Positions 50,218 to 59,687 of a stretch of 64,000 bases of DNA are shown here, piece after piece (the first letter of the stretch is position 1; every line of letters begins with the position of its first letter). Source of the stretch: Candidatus Sabulitectum sp. (GTDB taxonomy: Bacteria; Fermentibacterota; Fermentibacteria; Fermentibacterales; JCC-6); contig JAIOSV010000089.1 in the NCBI GenBank assembly GCA_021107435.1, positions 111,347 through 175,346 on the forward strand, in the 5' to 3' direction. Under the pieces are notes generated by a model. That model had not been told where the DNA came from and did not search any database. It saw nothing but the letters and a program-made list of their open reading frames with translations. The position numbers were made by a program, and so were the translations under genes.

Positions 50218-50985
50218 ATGCATCTGTTGTATCTTGATGACTCTGGATCAGCCCCGAATAGGAATGAGCAATACTTCATCCTTGGGGGACTCTCAGTTTT
50301 TGAAGCTCAAGCACATTGGTTCACTAAAGAGCTAGACACGCTTGCTGAAAGCATTGACCCAAAGAATCCACAGAGTGTTGAATTTCATGCTTCAGAAATA
50401 TTCTCTCGAAGAAACGCACCTTGGAAAGGTATGAGCCGTGAGGAAGCAAAAGGTATTATCAAGTCAGTTTTAAAAATACTTGCTGGTTCATACGATAGTG
50501 CCAGAGCATTTGCTTGTATCGTTCACAAGGACTCTTACCCTGGGCGAGATCCAGTTGAATTGGCATTCGAGGATCTTTGCAGTCGTTTTGATATATATCT
50601 TTCCAATCTTCGTGATTCTGGAGACCGTCAGCGTGGTCTCTTGATTCTGGATGAGTCGGCTCATGAAACATCATTGCAAGGCATGGCAAGAGATTTTCGT
50701 ACGCTTGGTACAAGGTGGGGAGTTCTTCGAAACCTTGCTGACACTCCTTTCTTCGTCAACTCAAAAGCTTCCCGACTTGTTCAGATGGCAGACCACATAG
50801 CGTATGCAACATTTCGCCGATATCAAATGTGTGATGCTCAATACTTTGATATTATATCAAGTAAGTTTCACAGTGTTGGTGGCGTTATTCATGGACTTTC
50901 TCACAAAGAAAACGAGAATCCCGAGTGCATGTGTATTGCCTGTTTAAGTCGTCGCCTCTCAGGTGGTCGTGTTCCCACTGAATAA
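50218..50985 (+). CDS. DUF3800 family protein
   Basis: N-terminus MHLLYLDDSGS is typical of the DUF3800 family. It sits between repeats A and B. Confidence 0.6.
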   Translation: MHLLYLDDSGSAPNRNEQYFILGGLSVFEAQAHWFTKELDTLAESIDPKNPQSVEFHASEIFSRRNAPWKGMSREEAKGIIKSVLKILAGSYDSARAFACIVHKDSYPGRDPVELAFEDLCSRFDIYLSNLRDSGDRQRGLLILDESAHETSLQGMARDFRTLGTRWGVLRNLADTPFFVNSKASRLVQMADHIAYATFRRYQMCDAQYFDIISSKFHSVGGVIHGLSHKENENPECMCIACLSRRLSGGRVPTE

Positions 50986-51036
50986 GGGCATGAATCTGGT
51001 TCGCTTTTATAACCTCATATCAAATTTAACTATGGA

Positions 51037-51062
51037 AGTTCCAAAAGCATCCACTACGGGGT
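51037..51062 (+). repeat. cassette-boundary-like direct repeat, copy B
   Basis: AGTTCCAAAAGCATCCACTACGGGGT, identical over 26 nt to copy C. Confidence 0.65.
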
Positions 51063-51131
51063 ACTGTAATTCCTTCCAGCGATTGTTAGACTGGTAAGCA
51101 CTACGACTGGATACAAAGACATTTTCATAAC

Positions 51132-52382
51132 CTATAATCGCAATACCTTTTTCAGATCCTCATGCTCGAACGCCGATGACATGCGCTCTATCTCTGAAGT
51201 TGACAACCCATAGCTCTGCGCTACACTACGCCACTCTGCGATTGCTGCCGCAATGACTCGAACATAATCTTTTGCCCTTGCAGGGCTTACATCAAAATAA
51301 TCAGCTACCTCAAATGCTAACTCAATTGAAGCAGTTTGATCATCTATATCAATGGCTGAAGATAGAATTCTTGGAGCCAGGTCTGTTGGAGTAGGGTTGA
51401 GGTCGTAGGCTGGAGATAAAATCCATCCCTCCCTCCCATAGTATAGAAATCCATGATTTCTCATGTGATCATCTATGTTGGAGATCAAGACAGTTACAAC
51501 AATCCTTTTCCATAGTTCATGCATGTCTTTCTTCGGAAACGCTCCGTGGCTTCTGATTTTATCTGCGAGCTCAAGGTAGCTGTGTACTTCATTATCTTTC
51601 GCGGAAATCATACTCATGCCTGATAAAAAAGGAATTCTTACTTTCCCTTTTCTATCAAAACGTTTCAGAATCAGTATGTCCCTGCCGTTAATTGACCTAA
51701 GGCTTCTTTCAGGCACTCTGATCCCTGACCGCTCTGCCAGGTCAAGAGCGATTGCTTCCCAGACGATTCGATTATGGTCATCAACATTATTCGGGAATTT
51801 AGCTATGAAAAGCTGAGAGTCTTTCTGCACCGATGCTTTTGGCTGAGCACCACCCAAAGAAGAACCGGGAGCAAGAAGCAACCTGAGGTCTTCACTTGTT
51901 TCTTCTTCTTGTAACAGCTTATCTGAAGCCGCAAGTAGTCTTGGAAGATCAACTAAAGGAGGAATGCTGTTTCTAGTACTTTTTGCCAGGAAGGGACCAC
52001 CCTCCGATAAAGAAAATCTCAGAGCACCCATGCGGGTTTCATCATTTACCCCAAGCAGGTAGTCAATTTCTCTTAATGTGCGAGGAGTTCTACCTTCTGC
52101 TTTATCAGTTCTTCGAGCGAATCGTCGCATAAGAATTCGACCCCATCTATCGGGAGCAGAATCCCCAATTGTGCCAAAGATTGATAAACCAATTCCCGTA
52201 TGGTATGGTTCTTCCTTGACTGACAAAGCTGGTTCGAGAGCAAAACAAGATGGAGATTGCATCCAAGACCGGGCATATTCAAATGTTGCACTCTCTCTTC
52301 GTCCTCGAATGTGTATCCACAAATGACCTACATGGTGTGCGTGTCCTTCCAGGTCAATGTATACGAAAACTGACTTTCCCAT
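51132..52382 (-). CDS. hipA: type II toxin HipA-family serine/threonine kinase
   Basis: HipA N-terminal domain (VFVYIDLEG...GDSAPDRWGR) and C-terminal catalytic motif NIDDHMRNHGF. Confidence 0.85.
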   Translation of the reverse strand: MGKSVFVYIDLEGHAHHVGHLWIHIRGRRESATFEYARSWMQSPSCFALEPALSVKEEPYHTGIGLSIFGTIGDSAPDRWGRILMRRFARRTDKAEGRTPRTLREIDYLLGVNDETRMGALRFSLSEGGPFLAKSTRNSIPPLVDLPRLLAASDKLLQEEETSEDLRLLLAPGSSLGGAQPKASVQKDSQLFIAKFPNNVDDHNRIVWEAIALDLAERSGIRVPERSLRSINGRDILILKRFDRKGKVRIPFLSGMSMISAKDNEVHSYLELADKIRSHGAFPKKDMHELWKRIVVTVLISNIDDHMRNHGFLYYGREGWILSPAYDLNPTPTDLAPRILSSAIDIDDQTASIELAFEVADYFDVSPARAKDYVRVIAAAIAEWRSVAQSYGLSTSEIERMSSAFEHEDLKKVLRL

Positions 52383-52386
52383 GGTA

Positions 52387-52737
52387 TTACTTCCTGTTGA
52401 TTAGCTCTCTTTTATTCCTGTGGATTCTTTGGGGTAACTGCTCTTCCTCAAGCAGTCGCCCCAGTGAATCGTATTGAGAATCAGCTAGTTCCCTGAGTCT
52501 TTCAAGAAGATCCATAGCGTGTAGAACTGAGCCAAGTATTCCTATCGAAATCCCCGGATCACCCTTTTCCAATTTAGCAAGAGTAACTCTGCTGACTCCA
52601 GCTCTTTCAGCCACAAGGCTCATAGGGAGTCTCCTGCGTCTTCTTGCATCTTTGATATCTTCTCCAAGTTTTCGCAGAACTCTTAGAACTGGAATTGGTC
52701 TCTTAGTGCCATGCTTCTGGTAATCCATAGCAAACAT
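52387..52737 (-). CDS. hipB: HipB-like XRE-family HTH antitoxin
   Basis: HTH LPMSLVAERAGVSRVTLAKLEKG. It lies 4 nt upstream of hipA. Confidence 0.7.
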   Translation of the reverse strand: MFAMDYQKHGTKRPIPVLRVLRKLGEDIKDARRRRRLPMSLVAERAGVSRVTLAKLEKGDPGISIGILGSVLHAMDLLERLRELADSQYDSLGRLLEEEQLPQRIHRNKRELINRK

Positions 52738-52827
52738 CCTTAGCGTTAAACATAGTAAACGTTATCAAGGTTAATGTAAAGAATGTTTAACATTAAAACA
52801 AGAGCGGTGCTTTCTTGCTATCATGTC

Positions 52828-52856
52828 AGTTCCAAAAGCATCCACTACGGGGTGCC
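52828..52856 (+). repeat. cassette-boundary-like direct repeat, copy C
   Basis: AGTTCCAAAAGCATCCACTACGGGGTGCC. Confidence 0.65.
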
Positions 52857-53002
52857 AGAGTAAGAGGCTTCGATTTCATTATAGGCACTCAACCTTTCAT
52901 TCACTATCTGGATAAGCAAAGGAAACCTGTTTTCAGGAATTTGGATGAGATAGATTTGACTCGTATGCATAAATTGTTATACTTGTGCATAAGGAGGTTG
53001 AG

Positions 53003-53206
53003 ATGAGAACTACTTTAAATCTGCCAGAGGAATTGTTACTTGAAGCAATGGATGTCACTCATATTGGGACCAAAACAAGAGTAATTATTATTGCCCTTCA
53101 AGAGCTTATTAGAAGGAATAGAATCACCGAGCTTAAGAAGTTCAAGGGTAAGATTGATCTTGAAATAGATATGGACGTTTTGCGGAGTAGAGAATGCAGG
53201 TCTTAG
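53003..53206 (+). CDS. vapB: VapB-family antitoxin
   Basis: MRTTLNLPEELLLEAMDVTHIGTKTRVIIIALQELIRR is the typical VapB N-terminus. AAGGAGG SD. Overlaps vapC by 13 nt. The track start at 52985 is a GTG. Confidence 0.7.
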   Translation: MRTTLNLPEELLLEAMDVTHIGTKTRVIIIALQELIRRNRITELKKFKGKIDLEIDMDVLRSRECRS

Positions 53207-53574
53207 TTGATAGCTCCATCTGGATTGATTATTTCAAGGATGGACGGAGATCTGAGAAACTTGATTACTTGATTGATGAAAACATTGTAGTGACCAATGA
53301 TTTGATTCTTGCTGAACTTATCCCTTTTTTGAGGATAAGAAACCAGCGTAAAATTGCAGGATTGATGGAAACCATAAAGAAACTCAGTATGGATATCATC
53401 TGGGATGAGATCATCGAGTATCAGTATATGTGCTTGAAAAAAGGAGTGAACGGAATAGGGCTGCCTGATCTGGTTATTGCACAGAATGCTAAGCAACATC
53501 ATGCTGAAATTTATACGCTCGATAGTCATTTTGCGATGATGAAGAACATACTGGAACTGGAGCTCACCATTTAA
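53194..53574 (+). CDS. vapC: VapC PIN-domain ribonuclease toxin
   Basis: MQVLVDSSIWIDYFKDG then DLILAEL... and a C-terminal acidic residue give the PIN acidic quartet pattern. Confidence 0.85.
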   Translation: MQVLVDSSIWIDYFKDGRRSEKLDYLIDENIVVTNDLILAELIPFLRIRNQRKIAGLMETIKKLSMDIIWDEIIEYQYMCLKKGVNGIGLPDLVIAQNAKQHHAEIYTLDSHFAMMKNILELELTI

Positions 53575-53639
53575 CCTGATCGTGCTGGAGTTCGCTGTTA
53601 GAGTAAATTCGTCAAGAAGCTGGAACTTTCTCTATAAAG

Positions 53640-53668
53640 GGTTCGATAAGTATCCACTAAGAGGTGCC
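53640..53668 (+). repeat. cassette-boundary-like direct repeat, copy D
   Basis: GGTTCGATAAGTATCCACTAAGAGGTGCC. Confidence 0.6.
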
Positions 53669-53704
53669 GGACAGGCAGGCACATGGAACTTCGCATGCTG
53701 CTGA

Positions 53705-54157
53705 TTAACCGTTCAGAGCCTCCGGTAACTTCATTACAAAATCTCTGATCTCGTCTCTCACTCTGCGATAGTGTACAAGAACTTCTTCTTCGGTTGCCGC
53801 GTTTTCAGCAAGCCTGGGCGGATCATCAAATCCTCTGTGAATGATTCCGGTTTTAGCGGGGAAGTAAGGGCAGTTTTCGTTTGCGTGATCGCAAACTGTT
53901 ACCACATAGTCAAAGTCTTCTTCATCAATCTCATCAACCGTTTTGCTGAAATGATTGGATATGTCAATACCGATTTCATCCATTACCTTTACTGCAAGCC
54001 GATTGAGCCCGTGCTTCTGTATTCCCGCTGAGAAACACTCTATACCGACATACTTCAGGTGCCTGCAAAATCCCTCTGCCATCTGACTTCTGCATGAATT
54101 ACCGGTGCAGAGAAAAAGTACTTTCAGCCTTTCATTCATCTTCCTGGCCTTGCTCAC
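53705..54157 (-). CDS. arsC: arsenate reductase (thioredoxin-coupled, LMW-PTP fold)
   Basis: VLFLCTGNSCRSQMAEG is the CX5R P-loop. The two downstream Cys (TVCDHANENCP) are characteristic of the Bacillus-type ArsC. Confidence 0.8.
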   Translation of the reverse strand: MSKARKMNERLKVLFLCTGNSCRSQMAEGFCRHLKYVGIECFSAGIQKHGLNRLAVKVMDEIGIDISNHFSKTVDEIDEEDFDYVVTVCDHANENCPYFPAKTGIIHRGFDDPPRLAENAATEEEVLVHYRRVRDEIRDFVMKLPEALNG

Positions 54158-54222
54158 TTACTGGATGGCTGTTTTACAACCTGCTGATCATTAATTCGGG
54201 ATATTCCCGAGCGACAACCGAA

Positions 54223-54254
54223 CCGGCATGCCCTTGTAGTATAGGGCATGCCGG
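54223..54254. other. perfect 11-bp-stem palindrome CCGGCATGCCC-N10-GGGCATGCCGG
   Basis: Seen directly. A second palindrome CGGGATATTCCCG lies at 54196-54208. Both are between the arsC start and the phoU stop. Confidence 0.5.
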
Positions 54255-54344
54255 CGAGGAGGGATGCTTGACCGGAACAACCGGATGAAGCGCAGGCTCT
54301 TACTTACCTGCCTTCATAATTAAGTACCCCGGATATCAGGAAAT

Positions 54345-54382
54345 AGTTCCAGCGGGGGAGCCGACACACAGGGGGTGAAACC
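54345..54382 (+). repeat. degenerate copy E of the cassette-boundary repeat
   Basis: AGTTCCAgcgggggagccgacacACAGGGGGTGAAACC. Both ends match copies B and C, with an insertion in the middle. Confidence 0.35.
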
Positions 54383-54432
54383 GTGCGCCGGCTCTGTTGA
54401 TCCGCTAACCCGGAGGAATCAAGCGCGGACCC

Positions 54433-55086
54433 TTAGTTAAGATCCACAGGTACACCGGTGACGGTGAAGATCACTCTTTCGCAGATATTCACTACTCTGT
54501 CGCCTACACGTTCAATATTGTGGGCAATCCAGTCCAGCATCATTGTCTGCTCTATGTTGGACGGCTTTTCCATTATGAAGGTGATAAGCTCTCTGTGTAC
54601 CTGATTGTAGAGAACATCAATCTGAAGATCTCTCGCCGGAATATTCCGGGCCGCTGTCTCATCATCCTCGGTGAAAGCCCTGATGGCATCGTCAAGCATT
54701 TCTCCGGCAATCTCTTCCATTCTCGGAATGCTGAGAAGGGGCTTTATCAACTCTCCAGGTCCGATCTTCTGGCTGATCCTGGCAATTCCCTTGGCGTAAT
54801 CACCTATTCGCTCAATCTCAGTTGATATCTGTAAAACTGAAAAAAGCAACCGGAGATCGGTGGCTACCGGCTGCTGTGTTGCTATGATGTTCAGGCACTG
54901 CTCCTCTATTTCAAGGCACTTGAGATTAACAATTTCATCTGATTCAATGATCATAGCAGCACCCTGCATATCCCTCTTCTCAAGATATTTTACCGATGCT
55001 GTGAGGTTTTTTCTTACCTCACTGGTAATCTGGAACAAGTTCCTTTTGAGTTCCTGAAGTTCTCGGTCAAAACTCTCTCTACTCAT
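54433..55086 (-). CDS. phoU: phosphate signalling complex protein PhoU
   Basis: Two PhoU repeats with (E/D)xxxD metal-binding motifs. The ATG at 55086 has an AGGAGG SD. The track start at 55182 would overlap pstB. Confidence 0.9.
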   Translation of the reverse strand: MSRESFDRELQELKRNLFQITSEVRKNLTASVKYLEKRDMQGAAMIIESDEIVNLKCLEIEEQCLNIIATQQPVATDLRLLFSVLQISTEIERIGDYAKGIARISQKIGPGELIKPLLSIPRMEEIAGEMLDDAIRAFTEDDETAARNIPARDLQIDVLYNQVHRELITFIMEKPSNIEQTMMLDWIAHNIERVGDRVVNICERVIFTVTGVPVDLN

Positions 55087-55099
55087 TTTTTTCCTCCTG

Positions 55100-55891
55100 T
55101 CAGCCGAAGCGGCCACTGATGTAGTCTTCGGTTCTGGAGTCCGAAGGAGTAGTAAATATCTGCTTTGTAGGGCCAAGCTCAATCAGATTGCCCGCTCGCT
55201 TCTCATCGGTAAGCATGAACGCTGTGTAGTCACTTACCCTTCCGGCCTGCTGCATGTTGTGTGTAACTATAGCTATTGTGTAGTTCCTTTTCAGCACATT
55301 CATCAGCTCCTCTATCTTCAAGGTTGCAACCGGATCAAGGGCTGAAGCGGGCTCGTCCATCAGGATCACTTCAGGCTCTATTGCAATAGCTCTGGCTATG
55401 CAGAGTCTCTGCTGCTGTCCACCCGAAAGAGACATCCCCGATTTGTGCAGGTCATCCTTTACCTCTTCCCACAGGGCTGCTCTTTTCAGGCTCTTCTCCA
55501 CAATAACCGCAAGGTCGGAGCGGTTTTTCGTACCGTGGAGTCTGGGTCCATAAGCTACATTATCAAAGATGGATTTGGGGAAAGGATTCGGTCTCTGGAA
55601 AACCATGCCCACTTTTTTGCGAAGTTCTACAACATCTTCCCTTGCAACATTCCTGCCATCCAGAAAAATCGTTCCAGCAGTGGTTACACCGGGGATCAGG
55701 TCATTCATCCGGTTGAAACTTCGGAGAAGAGTACTCTTGCCGCATCCCGATGGCCCGATGAAAGCAGTTATCTTGTTTGTGGGAATCTTAATATTGATGT
55801 TGTTCAGTGCCTTAAAGTCACCATAGAACAGGCTGTAATCCTCCGTCATCATTCTTGTCTTCTCTGCTCTTTCAGCTTCCAATTTGTTCAC
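55100..55891 (-). CDS. pstB: phosphate ABC transporter ATP-binding protein
   Basis: Walker [10 protein letters not shown], signature [16 protein letters not shown] and a PstB-specific N-terminus. Confidence 0.95.
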   Translation of the reverse strand: MNKLEAERAEKTRMMTEDYSLFYGDFKALNNINIKIPTNKITAFIGPSGCGKSTLLRSFNRMNDLIPGVTTAGTIFLDGRNVAREDVVELRKKVGMVFQRPNPFPKSIFDNVAYGPRLHGTKNRSDLAVIVEKSLKRAALWEEVKDDLHKSGMSLSGGQQQRLCIARAIAIEPEVILMDEPASALDPVATLKIEELMNVLKRNYTIAIVTHNMQQAGRVSDYTAFMLTDEKRAGNLIELGPTKQIFTTPSDSRTEDYISGRFG

Positions 55892-56742
55892 CCCTGCTTC
55901 GTTGAGATTCTGCTGGTTATGGTGTTGATTGTGAGATTCATGATAATTATCAAAGCTACCAGTACAGCAGCGGTAGACATTGCTTTATCGAAAGCCCGTG
56001 TTTCCATGGCGAGATAGTAAACATGAAGAGCCATGGTTCTGCCGCCGGACATCAGGGAATGGGGAACTCTGTAACTGCCACCCAGTGTTACGAAGAAGAT
56101 CGCAGTTTCACTTACGATTCTTCCGGCACTGAGCAGGATTCCCGTGGATATACCCCGGAGTGCCGCCGGCAAAACGACCTTCCAGGTGGTTTCCCAGCGG
56201 TTTGCGCCAAGAGCCAGAGAGCCTTCTCTGTAGCCCTGTGGAACAGATTTGAGAGCTTCCTCTGTGGTCCTGATGATTACCGGGATAATCAGGCAGGCTC
56301 CGGCAAGAGATGCGGAGAGGATTGAAAATCCCATGTTAAGCGCTGAAACAAACAGGGCATATCCGAAGAGACCGAAAATAATAGACGGGACACCGGCCAG
56401 TGTCTCTATGCCGAATCTTGCAATGCTTACCAGTTTGCAGATCGCCTTGTTGTCAATGTTGCTTGAGTATTCGGTTAAGTATATGGCTGCTCCTACCCCC
56501 AGGGGTGTGGCGAAAACCAGCGTTACAACTATCATATAAAAAGTTGTTACTATGGTAGAGTAGATACCTCCATCTCCTGAAAGCCCTCCACGAGGTGAAG
56601 TTGTGAAAAAATCAGCGGTAATCCCGGGAAGCCCCTTCACCATGATATAGCCAACAACGAAACCCATAATCAGCACCGCGACCGCACCGGTCAGCCAGAA
56701 AACTCCGAATGCAGTGTTCTGGGCTGCATTCCTTTTTTTCAT
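55888..56742 (-). CDS. pstA: phosphate ABC transporter permease PstA
   Basis: Six TMs, an EAA-like loop, and the pstC-pstA-pstB order. Confidence 0.9.
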   Translation of the reverse strand: MKKRNAAQNTAFGVFWLTGAVAVLIMGFVVGYIMVKGLPGITADFFTTSPRGGLSGDGGIYSTIVTTFYMIVVTLVFATPLGVGAAIYLTEYSSNIDNKAICKLVSIARFGIETLAGVPSIIFGLFGYALFVSALNMGFSILSASLAGACLIIPVIIRTTEEALKSVPQGYREGSLALGANRWETTWKVVLPAALRGISTGILLSAGRIVSETAIFFVTLGGSYRVPHSLMSGGRTMALHVYYLAMETRAFDKAMSTAAVLVALIIIMNLTINTITSRISTKQG

Positions 56743-57638
56743 GACTTCACTCCCATTTTCATAAGGAATCTGGCCGAACCGTTGACCAGCATGATCAGGA
56801 TGAAAAGAACCACTCCAGTGGCAAACAAAGCACTCTCATGAATCCCGGTTGCATAGGAAATCTCAACTGCAATGTTACCTGTAAGGGTTCTGGCTCTGCT
56901 CAAAAAGATGCTGAGAGGATTGTCTGTGATAGCTGTGGGAAGAATCACAGAGTTTCCAATTACCATTATCATGGCAATTGTCTCCCCCAATGCTCTGCCC
57001 AGGCCTAGAACAACTGCGCTGATAATTCCGGGTTTTGCAGCGGGAATGATCACCCTTGAGATGGTCTCCCACTTCGTAGCACCCAGAGCCAGTGAGCCTT
57101 CTTTATACCCCTTCGGTACACTTCTGATGGCAAATTCCGAAATATTTGCTATTGTGGGTAGTATCATTACTGCCAGAACAATAGATGCCGCGAGTAAACC
57201 ATACCCGGCGTTGCCGGGAGCCGGGATTGTTCTCACCAGAGGAACAAGAACCACCATTCCAAAAAGACCATAGACAACAGATGGGATTCCGGCAAGCAGT
57301 TCAATAGATGGTCGAACGATTCCTGCAATCCAGCAGGGGGCAATCTCGGAGAGGAACACGGCAGTGCCCAGAGCAAGAGGAACACCGATCAGCACTGCCC
57401 CAAGAGTAACAAGACCACTTCCGGCAATCATTGCCAGAATACCGAACTGGTCGTTACCCGGTCTCCAGGTGGTATCAGACAGCATTTTCCAGACACCGAT
57501 CTCCCGAAACGCCGGCGTGGCCTCTTTCATGGTGAAGATGAAGATCAAAAGCACAATCAGAACCGATGCCAGAGCAGATATCAGCAGAACCGTCTTCATG
57601 GCCTTTTCGATTCCAGTTCGCCGGGTTCCGGAAGTCAT
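56739..57638 (-). CDS. pstC: phosphate ABC transporter permease PstC
   Basis: Conserved pst permease with the SEIAP...region. Confidence 0.9.
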   Translation of the reverse strand: MTSGTRRTGIEKAMKTVLLISALASVLIVLLIFIFTMKEATPAFREIGVWKMLSDTTWRPGNDQFGILAMIAGSGLVTLGAVLIGVPLALGTAVFLSEIAPCWIAGIVRPSIELLAGIPSVVYGLFGMVVLVPLVRTIPAPGNAGYGLLAASIVLAVMILPTIANISEFAIRSVPKGYKEGSLALGATKWETISRVIIPAAKPGIISAVVLGLGRALGETIAMIMVIGNSVILPTAITDNPLSIFLSRARTLTGNIAVEISYATGIHESALFATGVVLFILIMLVNGSARFLMKMGVKS

Positions 57639-57653
57639 TGTTTGTTCTCCCTG

Positions 57654-58505
57654 CTAATTTATGGGCAGGTAGCCCTCAGCAGCAACTATTGCCTGACCGT
57701 CTTCACCCAGTATGAACTCAAGCCATTCTGCAACTGCACCGGTGGGCTCTCCGTAAGTAACCATGTTCAGGGGTCTTACCACTGGATAGCTGCCTTCGTT
57801 AACGTTTTCAGGAGTGGGGAAAGCTCCATCGATAGCGATTGGTTTTGTGCTGTCATCAAGATATCCAAAGCTGATGAAAGTTATTGATCCCGGCGTTGTA
57901 ACCACAGTTGTGCGGATAGCTCCATTGGAAGGCTGAAGAATAGCGGTTGCACTGATGAACGCATCCTCCATCACGAGATCCTCAAAAGCTGAACGGGTAC
58001 CGGAACCCTCTTCACGGGAAGCTACTGTTATTATCCCGGGAGTTCCACCGACTTCGCTCCAGTCCGTGATCTCTCCGGCAAAAATCGCTCTTGCCTCATC
58101 AATACTGAGTTCATCAACATCAACATCGGGGTTAACCACGATGGCTATACCATCGCGGGCAATTGTGTGGATTACTATTTCCGGGCACTCTTGAATCTCA
58201 CTGGCTTTGATCTCTCTGGATGCCATACCGATGTCGGCGCTCTGCTCTGAGGCGCTCTTTACGCCAACGCTGCTGCCACCGCCGCTGACGGTGACAAGTA
58301 CATTGGGATCAATCGCTTCATAAGCCTCACTGAGAAGCTCTGCAAGGGGCTGAACAGTCGTGGAACCGACCACACTGATCTCTACTGTTTCAACGGCCTC
58401 AGTACTTGTCCCGTCTGCATCCGGTGTTTCTACTCCCGGCTCACCGCAGGCACCAAGAAGCATCATTGAGGTCATGACAATCATTGTTGTTATTTTTCTT
58501 TTCAT
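57654..58505 (-). CDS. pstS: phosphate-binding protein PstS (lipoprotein)
   Basis: Signal peptide plus LLGACG lipobox. GSTTVQP...GSGT motifs are those of the PstS family. Confidence 0.85.
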   Translation of the reverse strand: MKRKITTMIVMTSMMLLGACGEPGVETPDADGTSTEAVETVEISVVGSTTVQPLAELLSEAYEAIDPNVLVTVSGGGSSVGVKSASEQSADIGMASREIKASEIQECPEIVIHTIARDGIAIVVNPDVDVDELSIDEARAIFAGEITDWSEVGGTPGIITVASREEGSGTRSAFEDLVMEDAFISATAILQPSNGAIRTTVVTTPGSITFISFGYLDDSTKPIAIDGAFPTPENVNEGSYPVVRPLNMVTYGEPTGAVAEWLEFILGEDGQAIVAAEGYLPIN

Positions 58506-58528
58506 TTTATTCCTTTTCGTCAGAGTTG

Positions 58529-59575
58529 TTAAAACTTCATTCTCCAGCCGAAGTACATGTCGGTGTGACTATCTTCATCATCACTCTGGAAGGTGTGATT
58601 ACGCATACCGATCTGTACAGTGTTCTTACTGCTGTAGAGGTCCATGTTGAGGCAGAAGTCGATGGCTCCTTCATCATTTTCCGGGTCATCATCACCACTG
58701 TATCCGGGATTGATGTTTTCATAACGAATCGCAGGTCTGACAGCCTGAAGCATATTCCCGTCAAGATCGAAATCTGCCATGAGAGTAACTGCATAACCGT
58801 TAGTGTCTGTCCAGTCGGAATCATCCTCCATGGGTTCACCAATTGTCATGTACTCGCCAACAAAAAACAGCTCAGTGCTTTCGCTGAGAGAGTGGTTTAC
58901 CACTGTGTAGAAATCCATAGCTGTAGCGGAAACGGAAGTTTCACCTGTTGAATCAGCATTCTCGGAGTGACTGCCGAAAGCTCCTGCAATCTGAATGCCC
59001 TCGACTGGCTCAACAACTGCACGGGCTGTAAAACTCTTGTGGCTGTCGTCTTCAGGCTCGTTGTCTCCTGCTCCATTGGTATAAGCCAGATCAATATCTG
59101 CGATTCCGAAGTCCAGCTCCACATTCGCGCCGATGTCCCGCTTGCCGAAGTCACCAATCATGCCAGTAAGCATCGCACGGTCCCGGAAGTACATGCTGCT
59201 GCTTGAACGTGTGTAGTTGTAGCAGAAAGGTCTCTTAAAATGACCCATGGAGAAAGTGACCACATCGCTGAAATGCATGTTGATAGCAATATCCTCAGTA
59301 GTCAGACTGAGATCCTCATAGCTCCCGGTGTACTTAGTGGGCTGAGACTTGAATGCAATCTTAGCATCCACCCATTCGTTCAGCCTTGGAAGCCATTCGA
59401 TGGTGGCGATAACACTGAAGCCGTTATCTGGATCAGCATCCTCTTCGCCATAGATGTTGAATGTGTTGATAAGGTAACCTTTGAACTTGAGAAGCTCGGC
59501 GCCTCCTGTGGAGAATTCGCCGCTGGCCATTGCGATGGTGGCCATGATCAGAGTGAGTATCATGATGTTACGCAA
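58529..59575 (-). CDS. outer-membrane beta-barrel porin, possibly phosphate-selective (first gene of the pst operon)
   Basis: Signal peptide and alternating beta-strand pattern. C-terminal ...YFGWRMKF ends in Phe. Lies immediately upstream of pstS. Confidence 0.55.
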   Translation of the reverse strand: MRNIMILTLIMATIAMASGEFSTGGAELLKFKGYLINTFNIYGEEDADPDNGFSVIATIEWLPRLNEWVDAKIAFKSQPTKYTGSYEDLSLTTEDIAINMHFSDVVTFSMGHFKRPFCYNYTRSSSSMYFRDRAMLTGMIGDFGKRDIGANVELDFGIADIDLAYTNGAGDNEPEDDSHKSFTARAVVEPVEGIQIAGAFGSHSENADSTGETSVSATAMDFYTVVNHSLSESTELFFVGEYMTIGEPMEDDSDWTDTNGYAVTLMADFDLDGNMLQAVRPAIRYENINPGYSGDDDPENDEGAIDFCLNMDLYSSKNTVQIGMRNHTFQSDDEDSHTDMYFGWRMKF

Positions 59576-59647
59576 TTGAAAACCCCTTTCGTTTTCAGCT
59601 CAGCCGCCGGTTGAATTACCGATGACAGTGGTAACATCGGAACGGGT

Positions 59648-59687
59648 TGTTAAGAGAGTATTTGGGAAATGTTAAGGAATTGTTAAG
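59648..59687. promoter_or_regulatory. three TGTTAAG direct repeats with 11/22-bp phasing (Pho-box-like response-regulator site)
   Basis: TGTTAAG at 59648, 59670 and 59681. Located 70-115 nt upstream of the porin-pst operon and ~100 nt upstream of the divergent membrane-protein gene. Confidence 0.3.

Noticed and set aside
50105-50335. 76-aa ORF overlapping the DUF3800 start
   Set aside because: It overlaps the better-supported DUF3800 ATG in another frame, has no SD and is low complexity.
49970-54385. Calling the 30-bp repeats canonical integron attC sites
   Set aside because: I could not identify the RYYYAAC / GTTRRRY core pairs at attC-like spacing. The units are direct repeats rather than long imperfect palindromes. 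No intI is in the window. I kept the observation as 'cassette-boundary-like' only.
49970-54385. CRISPR array
   Set aside because: The repeat spacing is 800-1800 bp and the 'spacers' are whole genes. This is not a CRISPR.
54280-54432. Possible small ncRNA in the GC-rich tract upstream of phoU's stop
   Set aside because: There is no recognisable family structure. It is better explained as degenerate repeat copy E plus spacer.
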